A stretch of DNA of 57,194 nucleotides from a virus. Its lineage: Duplodnaviria; Heunggongvirae; Uroviricota; Caudoviricetes. Each line of letters opens with the position of its first letter. Within the stretch, counting starts at the first letter, position 1. Of the stretch, positions 37,538 to 46,968 are shown one piece after another. Position numbers and translations under genes: made by a program. Where the stretch lies: IMG/VR virus record IMGVR_UViG_2778261542_000002, positions 1 through 57,194 of that record; one strand, 5' to 3'. A model generated the notes under the pieces. That model saw only the letters and a program-made list of their open reading frames with translations, was not told the origin of the DNA and made no database searches.

Positions 37538-38778
37538 TGTTCTTTTCGGGATTATTTCAACGAAAAAGTGACGCACCGGTGACCACGCCAGCAGAGCTGG
37601 CGGATGCTATCGGGTTGTCCTACGACACCTATACCGGAAAGCAGATCAGCAGCCAGCGGGCCATGCGACTGACGGCGGTTTTTTCCTGTGTCAGGGTGCT
37701 GGCGGAGTCGGTCGGGATGTTGCCCTGCAACCTGTATCACCTGAACGGCAGCCTGAAGCAGAGAGCCACTGGCGAACGTCTGCATAAGCTGATCTCCACG
37801 CATCCCAATGGCTATATGACGCCGCAGGAGTTCTGGGAGCTGGTGGTCACCTGTCTGTGCCTGCGGGGAAACTTTTACGCCTACAAAGTGAAAGCATTTG
37901 GCGAAGTGGCTGAACTGCTGCCCGTCGATCCCGGCTGTGTGGTACCGAAGCTTAACAGTAGCTGGGAGCCGGTCTATCAGGTCACATTCCCGGATGGCTC
38001 CACGGATGTACTGAGCCAGGAGGATATCTGGCATGTGCGCACGCTGACGCTGGACGGACTGGTGGGGCTGAATCCCATCGCCTATGCCCGCGAGGCAATA
38101 TCGCTGGCGGCAGCGACCGAAGAGCACGGGGCCAGACTGTTCAGCAATGGCGCGGTGACGTCGGGTGTGTTGCGTACAGAGCAGACGCTGTCAGATCAGG
38201 CTTATGAGCGCCTGAAGAAAGATTTTGAGGAGCGTCACACCGGGCTTGGCAATGCTCACCGCCCGATGATCCTTGAGATGGGGCTGGACTGGAAGTCGAT
38301 GGCGCTGAACGCCGAGGACAGCCAGTTCCTGGAAACCCGCAAGTTTCAGCTTGAAGAAATCTGTCGTCTGTTCCGGGTGCCGTTGCACATGGTGCAGAAC
38401 ACCGATCGCGCCACCTTCAACAATATCGAAGAGCTGGGGCTGGGATTTATCAACTATTCACTGGTGCCGTATCTGACCCGCATCGAACAGCGGATCAACA
38501 CCGGACTGGTACGAAAAAGTAAGCAGGGCGTTTATTACGCCAAATTTAACGCCGGGGCGTTACTGCGCGGGGATATGAAGTCCCGTTTTGAAGCCTACGC
38601 CACCGGGATCAACTGGGGAATTTACTCTCCCAATGACTGCCGCGACCTGGAAGATATGAATCCACGTCCCGGTGGTGATGTCTATCTCACACCGATGAAC
38701 ATGACCACGAAACCCTCCGATGGCAGTAAAGCCGGTAAGCAGAAGGATAACGCCAATGCAGACGAAACAACGTCTTGA
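37537..38778 (+). CDS. portal protein (HK97-family-like)
   Basis: 413 aa, position after terminase and before prohead protease. Confidence 0.85.
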   Translation: MFFSGLFQRKSDAPVTTPAELADAIGLSYDTYTGKQISSQRAMRLTAVFSCVRVLAESVGMLPCNLYHLNGSLKQRATGERLHKLISTHPNGYMTPQEFWELVVTCLCLRGNFYAYKVKAFGEVAELLPVDPGCVVPKLNSSWEPVYQVTFPDGSTDVLSQEDIWHVRTLTLDGLVGLNPIAYAREAISLAAATEEHGARLFSNGAVTSGVLRTEQTLSDQAYERLKKDFEERHTGLGNAHRPMILEMGLDWKSMALNAEDSQFLETRKFQLEEICRLFRVPLHMVQNTDRATFNNIEELGLGFINYSLVPYLTRIEQRINTGLVRKSKQGVYYAKFNAGALLRGDMKSRFEAYATGINWGIYSPNDCRDLEDMNPRPGGDVYLTPMNMTTKPSDGSKAGKQKDNANADETTS

Positions 38779-39406
38779 TGTACCGCTGAGTCTGAAATCT
38801 GTCAGTGACTCCGGTGAGTTTGAAGGGTATGGCTCCGTCTTTGGTGTAAAGGACAGCCACGATGATGTGGTGATGTCCGGGGCATTTGCTGCTTCCCTGC
38901 GGGTGTGGAGTGACAGAAAAGCGTTACCTGCGCTGCTCTGGCAGCACCGCATGGATGAGCCCATCGGTGTTTACACCGAAATGAAGGAAGACGATGTCGG
39001 GCTTTACGTCAGGGGGCGGTTGCTCATTGATGATGATCCCCTGGCAAAACGCGCACATGCACACATGAAGGCCGGTTCGTTAACCGGCCTTTCTATTGGG
39101 TACGTCCTGAAGGACTGGGAATACGACCGGACGAAAGAAGCCTTTCTGCTGAAAGAAATCGACCTCTGGGAAGTCAGTCTGGTGACATTCCCGTCTAACG
39201 ACGAGGCGCGGATCAGCGACGTCAAGAACGCACTGGCCCGCGGGGAAATCCCCGAACAGAAAAAAATCGAAAGAGTCCTGCGTGATGTCGGACTCTCCCG
39301 TACCCAGGCCAAAGCATTCATGGCCGGGGGCTATGGCGCACTGTCCCTGCGCGACGCTGAGGATGTGGGCTCTGCACTGAATGCACTGAAAAATCTGAAC
39401 TTCTAA
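38756..39406 (+). CDS. prohead protease (HK97-family-like)
   Basis: GEFEGYGSVFGVKDSHDDVVMSGAF motif typical of HK97-type prohead proteases. Confidence 0.75.
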   Translation: MQTKQRLDVPLSLKSVSDSGEFEGYGSVFGVKDSHDDVVMSGAFAASLRVWSDRKALPALLWQHRMDEPIGVYTEMKEDDVGLYVRGRLLIDDDPLAKRAHAHMKAGSLTGLSIGYVLKDWEYDRTKEAFLLKEIDLWEVSLVTFPSNDEARISDVKNALARGEIPEQKKIERVLRDVGLSRTQAKAFMAGGYGALSLRDAEDVGSALNALKNLNF

Positions 39407-39420
39407 TCAGGAGAAATACG

Positions 39421-40626
39421 ATGGCAGTTGATATTAAAGATGTCGAACAGGTCGCGCAGGAGCTGCAGCAGAAGTTTGACGACTTCAAAGCAAAGAACGA
39501 CAAGCGCGTTGAGGCGATTGAGCAGGAAAAAGGCAAACTTGCCGGGCAGGTGGAAACCCTGAACGGAAAACTCAGCGAGCTGGAAAACCTCAAAAGCGAC
39601 CTTGAAAAAGAGCTGCTTGAGCTGAAACGTCCGGCAGGTGGTGCGCAAAATAAACTGGCCACCGAGCATAAAGAAGCGTTTGTGGGCTTCCTGCGTAAAG
39701 GCCGTGAAGATGGTCTGCGCGATCTGGAGCGCAAGGCATTACAGGTGGGCACCGATGAAGACGGTGGCTATGCCGTGCCGGAAGCGCTGGATCGCAACAT
39801 TCTGACCTTGCTGAAAGATGAAGTGGTGATGCGTCAGGAAGCCACGGTGATCACCGTTGGTGGTTCCGACTACAAAAAACTGGTGAATCTGGGCGGCACG
39901 GCTTCCGGATGGGTTGGCGAGACTGACGCGCGCTCCCAGACTGCCACCTCAAAACTGGGCCTGATTGAACCTTTCATGGGGGAAATCTACGGTAACCCGC
40001 AGGCCACTCAGAAAATGCTGGATGATGCCTTCTTCAACGTGGAGGCCTGGATCAACAGCGAGCTGGCGACCGAATTTGCTGAACAGGAAGAAATTGCCTT
40101 TACCACCGGCGATGGTACCAAGAAGCCGAAAGGGTTCCTGGCGTATGAATCCACGGATGAAACCGATAAGGTCCGGGCGTTCGGCAAACTTCAGCATATT
40201 GTATCCGGCGACGCGACGGCGGTGACCGCAGACGCCATTATCAAACTGATTTACACGCTGCGTAAGGCACACCGCACCGGCGCGAAGTTCATGATGAACA
40301 ACAATAGCCTGTTTGCCATCCGTCTGCTGAAAGACAGCGAGGGTAACTATCTGTGGCGTCCGGGGCTGGAGCTGGGGCAGCCGTCCTCTCTGGCGGGTTA
40401 CGGTATCGCTGAAAACGAACAGATGCCGGATATCGCCGCTGATGCGAAAGCCATTGCATTTGGTAACTTCAAACGGGGTTACACCATCGTTGACCGTATC
40501 GGCACCCGCATTCTGCGTGACCCGTACACCAATAAACCGTTTGTCGGTTTTTATACCACCAAGCGCACCGGCGGGATGCTGGTCGATTCGCAGGCCATCA
40601 AACTGCTGAAGATTGCAGCGGCGTAA
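39421..40626 (+). CDS. major capsid protein (HK97 fold, with N-terminal coiled-coil delta domain)
   Basis: 401 aa; N-terminal ~100 aa coiled-coil scaffold-like domain. Confidence 0.85.
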   Translation: MAVDIKDVEQVAQELQQKFDDFKAKNDKRVEAIEQEKGKLAGQVETLNGKLSELENLKSDLEKELLELKRPAGGAQNKLATEHKEAFVGFLRKGREDGLRDLERKALQVGTDEDGGYAVPEALDRNILTLLKDEVVMRQEATVITVGGSDYKKLVNLGGTASGWVGETDARSQTATSKLGLIEPFMGEIYGNPQATQKMLDDAFFNVEAWINSELATEFAEQEEIAFTTGDGTKKPKGFLAYESTDETDKVRAFGKLQHIVSGDATAVTADAIIKLIYTLRKAHRTGAKFMMNNNSLFAIRLLKDSEGNYLWRPGLELGQPSSLAGYGIAENEQMPDIAADAKAIAFGNFKRGYTIVDRIGTRILRDPYTNKPFVGFYTTKRTGGMLVDSQAIKLLKIAAA

Positions 40627-40675
40627 TCACTCAGGGGCGCGGAACCGCGCCCCCTGTTCTGACGGGTGAAGAATC

Positions 40676-40876
40676 ATGATCCTGAAACAAGATCTGAAAT
40701 GGTCACCGGACGGTATGCGTGTTGAGGTCATTCGGGCCGGTGAGTATGACGACGGGGCGCTTCCTGCCCGGGTGCAGGAGATTGCACTTCAGGCCGGGTT
40801 AGCAGAGCGCGGAATCAGTGCAAAAAGCAGTAAAGCGGCAAAAGAGAAAAAAGCCACGACCAGTAAAGAGGGCTGA
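40676..40876 (+). CDS. hypothetical small head-module protein (66 aa)
   Basis: ORF in operon. Confidence 0.4.
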   Translation: MILKQDLKWSPDGMRVEVIRAGEYDDGALPARVQEIALQAGLAERGISAKSSKAAKEKKATTSKEG

Positions 40877-40878
40877 GT

Positions 40879-41202
40879 ATGCTTCTGACAATGGAAGAGA
40901 TTAAAGCCCAACTCCGGCTGGATGAGGATTTCGATGCTGATGACCGTCATCTGCAACTGCTGGCCTGTGCGGCGCAAAAGCGGACGGAAACGTATCTGAA
41001 CCGGAAGCTCTATGCACCGGATGAAACCATTCCGGACAGCGATCCAGACGGGCTGCACCTGCCGGATGATATTCGCCTGGGGATGCTGATGCTTATCAGC
41101 CATTTTTACGAAAACCGCTCGTCGGTTACGGAAGTGGAGAAACTCGACATGCCGCAGAGTTTTGGCTGGCTTGTCGGCCCGTACAGGTACTTTCCGCAAT
41201 GA
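40879..41202 (+). CDS. head-tail connector (gp6-like)
   Basis: N-terminal MLLTMEEIKAQLRLDEDFDADD pattern typical of gp6-like connectors. Confidence 0.65.
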   Translation: MLLTMEEIKAQLRLDEDFDADDRHLQLLACAAQKRTETYLNRKLYAPDETIPDSDPDGLHLPDDIRLGMLMLISHFYENRSSVTEVEKLDMPQSFGWLVGPYRYFPQ

Positions 41203-41609
41203 AAATTCGTCAGGCGCAGACCAGCGCAACCTACATTCTGCCGGACCCCGGTGAACTGAATAAACGCGTCCTGATCCGCCAGCGGGTGGATATGCCCGCG
41301 GATAACTTTGGTGTGGAGTCTCAATACCCGGTTACGTTCCGGACATGGGCGAAGGTTATCCAGACCAGTGCCACCACCTGGCAGGAAACCGCGCAGACCG
41401 GGGACGCCATCACCCATTACATCACCATTCGCTACCGCCGGGGGATCACTGCTGATTATGAGGTGGTCTGTGATGACAGTGTGTACCGGGTGAAACGTCA
41501 GCGCGATCTGAACGGGGCGCGGCGCTTTCTGCTGCTGGAGTGTACGGAGCTGGGCGAATATAGGCAGAGTCATGGAGGCAACAATGACGACTTCCTTTTT
41601 GCACGTTGA
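41199..41609 (+). CDS. head closure / head-tail adaptor protein
   Basis: Operon position and size. Confidence 0.6.
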   Translation: MKIRQAQTSATYILPDPGELNKRVLIRQRVDMPADNFGVESQYPVTFRTWAKVIQTSATTWQETAQTGDAITHYITIRYRRGITADYEVVCDDSVYRVKRQRDLNGARRFLLLECTELGEYRQSHGGNNDDFLFAR

Positions 41610-42090
41610 TTTTCAGCAGCCCGCGGAGATGCGCTTTAACCGCGCCCGTGTCCGGCGGGCGTTTGTCACGATTGGTCAGCGTCATATGCGTGATGCCCGT
41701 CGGCTGGTGATGCGCCGTGCGCGGTCGGCACCGGGTGAAAACCCCGGTTATCAGACCGGACGCCTGGCACGTTCGATTGGGTATATGGTACCCAGAGCCA
41801 GTAAACATCGCCCTGGTTTTATGGCACGTATAGCCCCTAACCAGCGTAATGGAGAGGGAAACCGCCGTATCACCGGTGATTTTTATCCGGCTTTTTTGTT
41901 CTATGGCGTGAGGCGAGGGGCAAAGCGTCGTCGCAGCCATCATCGTGGTGCATCCGGTGGCAGCGGCTGGCGACTGGCTCCACGTAATAACTTCATGGTG
42001 GAAACGCTTGAAAAGAACCGCAGCTGGACACGCTATTTTCTGGCGCGGGAATTACGTAAATCACTGAAGCCGGAGCGACGACGCAGATGA
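41584..42090 (+). CDS. HK97 gp10-like head-tail joining protein
   Basis: Arg-rich ~170-aa protein; GGAGG Shine-Dalgarno before ATG 41584. Confidence 0.55.
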   Translation: MTTSFLHVDFQQPAEMRFNRARVRRAFVTIGQRHMRDARRLVMRRARSAPGENPGYQTGRLARSIGYMVPRASKHRPGFMARIAPNQRNGEGNRRITGDFYPAFLFYGVRRGAKRRRSHHRGASGGSGWRLAPRNNFMVETLEKNRSWTRYFLARELRKSLKPERRRR

Positions 42091-42647
42091 AACTGACGCC
42101 TGTTATTGCTGCGCTGCGTGCCCGCTGCCCGTATTTTGAAAACCGGGTGGCAGGCGCGGCACAGTTCAAAAATCTGCCGGAGGTCGGAAAGCTGAGACTC
42201 CCGGCGGCGTATGTGGTACCGGGTGATGACTCTCCGGGAGAAAACAAAAGCCAGACCGACTACTGGCAGGAGCTGAAAGAGGGTTTCTCCGTGGTTGTCA
42301 TACTGAGTAACGGGCGTGATGAGCGCGGTCAGTTTGCCTCGTATGATGTGGTGGACGATGTCCGGCAGATGCTCTTTAAGGCCATTCTGGGCTGGAACCC
42401 GGAAGCGTGCGGTAACCCGATTACTTATGACGGCGGCACGCTGCTGGATCTGAATCGTCATGAGCTGATTTATCAGTTCGATTTTTCGGTCATCAGCGAG
42501 CTGACCGAAGACGATACCCGCCAGCAGGATGACCTGAACAGTCTGGATGAACTGCGAACGCTGGCGATTGATGTTGATTATCTCGATCCCGGTAACGGGC
42601 CTGACGGCGATATCGAACATCACACCGAAATAACCCTTCCTTCCTGA
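42087..42647 (+). CDS. tail-associated protein (Mu gp37-like, putative)
   Basis: Position immediately upstream of the sheath module. Confidence 0.5.
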   Translation: MKLTPVIAALRARCPYFENRVAGAAQFKNLPEVGKLRLPAAYVVPGDDSPGENKSQTDYWQELKEGFSVVVILSNGRDERGQFASYDVVDDVRQMLFKAILGWNPEACGNPITYDGGTLLDLNRHELIYQFDFSVISELTEDDTRQQDDLNSLDELRTLAIDVDYLDPGNGPDGDIEHHTEITLPS

Positions 42648-42655
42648 GAATCTTC

Positions 42656-42826
42656 ATGTTTGTGAAACCTGTTAAAGGGCGGTCAGTTCCTGACCCTGCC
42701 CGCGGCGACCTTTTGCCCGCCGAGGGGCGAAATGTTGATGAGAACAACTACTGGCTGCGCCGTGAAGCAGCGGGTGATATCCGGCGCGTGAATAAAAAGG
42801 TGAATACCGATGACGATAAGCTTTAA
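42656..42826 (+). CDS. small conserved tail protein (56 aa) preceding the sheath gene
   Basis: ATG at 42656; reads MFVKPVKGRSVPDPARGDLLPAEGRNVDENNYWLRR..; absent from the ORF track (under 60 aa); overlaps sheath start. Confidence 0.45.
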   Translation: MFVKPVKGRSVPDPARGDLLPAEGRNVDENNYWLRREAAGDIRRVNKKVNTDDDKL

Positions 42827-44306
42827 CACCATTCCGTCGAATACGCTGGTTCCGATTTTTTATGCGGAAATGGATAACTCGGCGGCGAATACTGCACAGG
42901 ACAGCGGAGCATCGCTGCTGATTGGTCATGCCAATAACGGTGCAGAGATTGTTGCCAACAGTCTGGTGCTGATGCCATCGGCAGACTATGCACGCCAGAT
43001 TTGTGGTGCGGGAAGTCAGCTGGCGCGTATGGTCGAGGCTTATCGCCAGACCGACCCGTTTGGTGAACTGTATGTGATTGCCGTTCCTGAATCCACGGGC
43101 GCGGCGGCAACAGTTACGCTGACGGTGACCGGCGCGGCAACCGAAACCGGCACGGTGAATGTTTATGTGGGACGTACCCGCGTGCAGGCACCGGTGACCA
43201 ACGGCGATAACGTCGCGACGATTGCCAGCAGTATCAAAGATGCCATCAATGCCGTTCCGACCCTGCCGTTTACTGCCTCATCTTCGGCAGGCGTGGTCAC
43301 ACTGACCGCGCGTCATAAGGGGCTTTGCGGGAATGAAATTCCTGTCAGCCTCAATTACTACGGCTTTGGTGGGGGCGAAGTGCTGCCAGCGGGCGTACAG
43401 ATTGCCGTGGCGACGGGTACCGCCGGAACGGGCGCTCCTGTTCTCACCGGCGCGGTGGCTGCAATGGCGGATGAGCCGTTTGATTATATCGGCCTGCCGT
43501 TCAACGACACAGCCTCCGTTAACACGCTGGTGACTGAGATGAACGATACCAGCGGTCGCTGGAGCTATGCGCGTCAGCTGTATGGTCATGTGTATACGGC
43601 AAAGATCGGCACGCTGTCAGAACTGGTGACCGCAGGTGACCAGTTTAACCAGCAGCACATTACCCTGGCGGGATACGAAAAAGAGACCCAGACGCCTGCC
43701 GACGAGCTGGCGGCAAGCCGTACCGCCCGCGCAGCGGTGTTTATCCGCAACGATCCGGCACGTCCCACGCAGACCGGTGAGCTGGTGGGTATGCTGCCTG
43801 CGCCGAAGGGGAAACGGTTCACGATGACCGAACAACAGACCCTGCTGTCTCATGGCGTGGCAACGGCGTATGTCGAAAGCGGGGTACTGCGCATTCAGCG
43901 TGATGTCACCACGTACAGGAAAAACGCTTACGGGGTTGCGGATAACAGCTACCTCGACAGTGAGACACTGCATACCAGCGCGTATGTACTGCGCAAACTG
44001 AAATCCGTCATTACCAGTAAGTACGGGCGTCACAAGCTTGCCAGTGACGGTACCCGCTTTGGTCCCGGTCAGGCGATTGTCACCCCGGCGGTGATCAAAG
44101 GGGAACTGCTGGCAACCTACCGTCAGCTTGAGCGTGCGGGGATCGTGGAAAACTACGAACTGTTTAAGCAGTACCTGGTTGTGGAGCGTGATGCCAGCGA
44201 TCCGAACCGCCTGAACACGCTGTTCCCGCCTGACTATGTTAACCAGTTGCGTGTCTTTGCCGTGGTTAACCAGTTCCGTCTTCAGTATTCAGAGGAGTCT
44301 GCATAA
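42810..44306 (+). CDS. contractile tail sheath protein
   Basis: 498 aa, followed directly by tube, frameshift chaperone and tape measure. Confidence 0.85.
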   Translation: MTISFNTIPSNTLVPIFYAEMDNSAANTAQDSGASLLIGHANNGAEIVANSLVLMPSADYARQICGAGSQLARMVEAYRQTDPFGELYVIAVPESTGAAATVTLTVTGAATETGTVNVYVGRTRVQAPVTNGDNVATIASSIKDAINAVPTLPFTASSSAGVVTLTARHKGLCGNEIPVSLNYYGFGGGEVLPAGVQIAVATGTAGTGAPVLTGAVAAMADEPFDYIGLPFNDTASVNTLVTEMNDTSGRWSYARQLYGHVYTAKIGTLSELVTAGDQFNQQHITLAGYEKETQTPADELAASRTARAAVFIRNDPARPTQTGELVGMLPAPKGKRFTMTEQQTLLSHGVATAYVESGVLRIQRDVTTYRKNAYGVADNSYLDSETLHTSAYVLRKLKSVITSKYGRHKLASDGTRFGPGQAIVTPAVIKGELLATYRQLERAGIVENYELFKQYLVVERDASDPNRLNTLFPPDYVNQLRVFAVVNQFRLQYSEESA

Positions 44307-44662
44307 TGGCCCGTATCGGGGGAACCTGTTATTTCAAAATTGACGGTCAGCAGCTATCGCTGACCGGCGGCATTGAGGTGCCCATGAACAGGACGGTCAA
44401 TGATGACATCATCGGCCTGGACGGTTCAGTGGACCGCAAGGAAACTCACCGTGCGCCTTATGTCAAAGGGACCTTCAAGGTGCCGAAGAATTTTCCGGTG
44501 AGCAAAATCACCTCGTCTGATGAGATGACCATCACTGCCGAGCTGGCAAACGGTCAGGTCTATGTACTGTCGTCTGCCTGGCTGCACGGCGAAGCGAACC
44601 ATAATGCCGAAGAAGGCACGGTCGATCTTGAGTTCCACGGTGAAGAAGGGGATTACCAGTAA
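44306..44662 (+). CDS. tail tube protein
   Basis: 118 aa between sheath and chaperone. Confidence 0.75.
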   Translation: MARIGGTCYFKIDGQQLSLTGGIEVPMNRTVNDDIIGLDGSVDRKETHRAPYVKGTFKVPKNFPVSKITSSDEMTITAELANGQVYVLSSAWLHGEANHNAEEGTVDLEFHGEEGDYQ

Positions 44663-44931
44663 TGAAAGAGCTTGAGTTAAAGAAACCGATTACCGCTCAT
44701 GGCGAGACACTCTCCGTACTGGAGTTTGATGAGCCCACCGGGAAAGATGTCCGCGAGCTGGGATATCCCTACCAGATGAATCAGGATGAGTCCGTCAGAC
44801 TTCTGGCGCATGTGGTATCGAAATACATCGTGCGGCTGGCGAAAGTGCCGCAAAGCTCTGTCGACCAGATGTCTCCGGCAGACCTGAATGCAGCGGCGTG
44901 GCTTGTGGCCGGTTTTTTCCTCCAGGCCTGA
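44662..44931 (+). CDS. tail assembly chaperone (short form)
   Basis: 89 aa between tube and tape measure. Confidence 0.6.
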   Translation: MKELELKKPITAHGETLSVLEFDEPTGKDVRELGYPYQMNQDESVRLLAHVVSKYIVRLAKVPQSSVDQMSPADLNAAAWLVAGFFLQA

Positions 44932-45080
44932 CGGCTGAATACCTCACTGATCGCTTCTTTGACTGCGCCAGTTACTGGCGCATTAATCCCTTCGAATTGC
45001 TGAATATGCCGATCAGTGAAATTCCCTTGCTGGTCAGTCAGGCAAACAGGATAGAGCAGGAGAAACGCACACATGGCTGA
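44662..45080 (+). CDS. tail assembly chaperone, -1 frameshift-extended form
   Basis: Slippery heptamer T_TTT_TTC at 44913-44919 in the zero frame; the -1 frame continues to 45080 (FFPPGLTAEYLTDRFF...), ending at the tape-measure start. Confidence 0.5.
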
Positions 45081-46908
45081 ATTTGAGCTTAAGGCGTTGA
45101 TCACCGGTGTCGACAGGCTTTCTCCCGCGCTGTCGAAAATGCAAAAGAAAATCCGGGGATTTAAACGCCAGGCGGAAGAAGCGTCACAGGGTGGGCTGGC
45201 GCTTGGTGGCGGACTGGCAGCGGGTCTGACGCTTTCCCTGAAATCTTATGCCGATCAGGAAAACGCCGCCACCGGGCTGAAAGTCGCCATGATGGATGCG
45301 AACGGCGAGGTTGGAAAGAGCTTTCAGGACATCAATAAACTGGCTATTGGCCTGGGTAACCAGCTACCCGGTACAACGGCTGATTTCCAGAACATGATGC
45401 AGATGCTGGTGCGTCAGGGGATCCCGGCAGAAAACATTCTTGGTGGTGTGGGTAAAGCGACAGCTTATCTTGCGGTACAACTGAAAAAAACACCGGAAGC
45501 GGCTGCTGAGTTTGCTGCAAAGATGCAGGATGCTACCGGAACGGCGTCAGAAGACATGATGGGGCTGTTCGACACTATCCAGAAGGCGTTTTATCTGGGC
45601 GTTGACGATACCAACATGTTGTCCTTCTTCACTAAAACCAGTTCTGTTCTGAAGATGGTGAATAAGGACGGACTTCAGGCTGCACAGAGCCTTGCCCCTA
45701 TCAGCGTCATGATGGATCAGATGGGGATGAACGGGGAGTCGGCAGGTAATGCCCTGCGAAAAGTTATCCAGTCCGGATTAAGCGTTAAGAAAATCAGGGA
45801 CGTCAATAAAGTCATGGCCCGCCAGAAACTCGGAGTGCAGCTCGATTTTACTGATGGCAAAGGGAGTTTTGGCGGTCTTGATAACATGTTTAAGCAACTG
45901 GCAAAGCTGCGAAAACTGACCGACGTTAAGCGAACAGGTGTACTTAAGGCAATATTTGGTGATGATGCCGAAACCCTTCAGGTGGTCAATGCTCTGATCG
46001 ATAAAGGAAAGGATGGTTACGATCAGATCCAGCAGAAGATGAATAAACAGGCCAGCCTGAATAAACGTGTTCAGGCACAGCTTGGTACGCTGTCCAACCT
46101 GTGGGAGGCAATGACGGGGACCGCAACTAACGGTCTTGCAGCTATTGGCGGCGCATTTTCTGGTGACGCCCAAAATATCACGCAATGGCTGGGGGAGTTA
46201 GGGGAAAAATTCACGAAGTTTGCGGATGAAAATCCCCGGGTTATTCGCGGCGTCGTCGGGCTTGCTGCCGGTCTTGCGATTCTGAAACTGGGATTGATGG
46301 GCGTTGGCGGTGCCATCAGTATTGTCAGCAGGATCATGTCGATGACGCCGATTGGCATGATTGCGACGGCGATAGCCCTGGCTGCGGGATTAATTATCAC
46401 TAACTGGGATGTTGTCGGACCTTATTTCAAGAAGCTCTGGGAAACCATTGGTCCTTATTTTGAGGCTGGCTGGGAACTTCTGAAGAAGGTTTTTGCCTGG
46501 TCGCCGCTGGGGATGGTAATCAATAACTGGGGACCGGTTGTTAAGTGGTTTCAGGATATGTGGGACAAGCTGAAGCCAATTATTGAGTGGTTTACCGACA
46601 GTTCCGGTGACACGGTCGATGCCATTAACTCTGCGCAGTGGGGCGCGGGTGCTTATGATGCTTATGGGACGGGAATACCGGCACGGGGATACACACCTTA
46701 TCAGGCGGTGGATCCGGCTCAGTCAAACAACGCCTCCGATGCCACAGGCCCGAATCCCTTCATGATTAACAAAGCTTCTGCGCCAAAAGTTGATGGTGAG
46801 ATCAAGGTCTCTTTTGTGAATTCGCCTCCGGGTATGCGGGTTATGGAAACGCGATCCAGCGGTTTTGATGTCAGCCATGATGTTGGCTATACGCGCTTTG
46901 GCAGGTAA
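45073..46908 (+). CDS. tail tape measure protein
   Basis: 611 aa, helical with Gly/Ala-rich hydrophobic block. Confidence 0.85.
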   Translation: MAEFELKALITGVDRLSPALSKMQKKIRGFKRQAEEASQGGLALGGGLAAGLTLSLKSYADQENAATGLKVAMMDANGEVGKSFQDINKLAIGLGNQLPGTTADFQNMMQMLVRQGIPAENILGGVGKATAYLAVQLKKTPEAAAEFAAKMQDATGTASEDMMGLFDTIQKAFYLGVDDTNMLSFFTKTSSVLKMVNKDGLQAAQSLAPISVMMDQMGMNGESAGNALRKVIQSGLSVKKIRDVNKVMARQKLGVQLDFTDGKGSFGGLDNMFKQLAKLRKLTDVKRTGVLKAIFGDDAETLQVVNALIDKGKDGYDQIQQKMNKQASLNKRVQAQLGTLSNLWEAMTGTATNGLAAIGGAFSGDAQNITQWLGELGEKFTKFADENPRVIRGVVGLAAGLAILKLGLMGVGGAISIVSRIMSMTPIGMIATAIALAAGLIITNWDVVGPYFKKLWETIGPYFEAGWELLKKVFAWSPLGMVINNWGPVVKWFQDMWDKLKPIIEWFTDSSGDTVDAINSAQWGAGAYDAYGTGIPARGYTPYQAVDPAQSNNASDATGPNPFMINKASAPKVDGEIKVSFVNSPPGMRVMETRSSGFDVSHDVGYTRFGR

Positions 46909-46968
46909 TGAAAAATTAATCTGTTAATGAGTCCCACTCCGGTGGGATTTTTTATGTACGGAGTTTAT

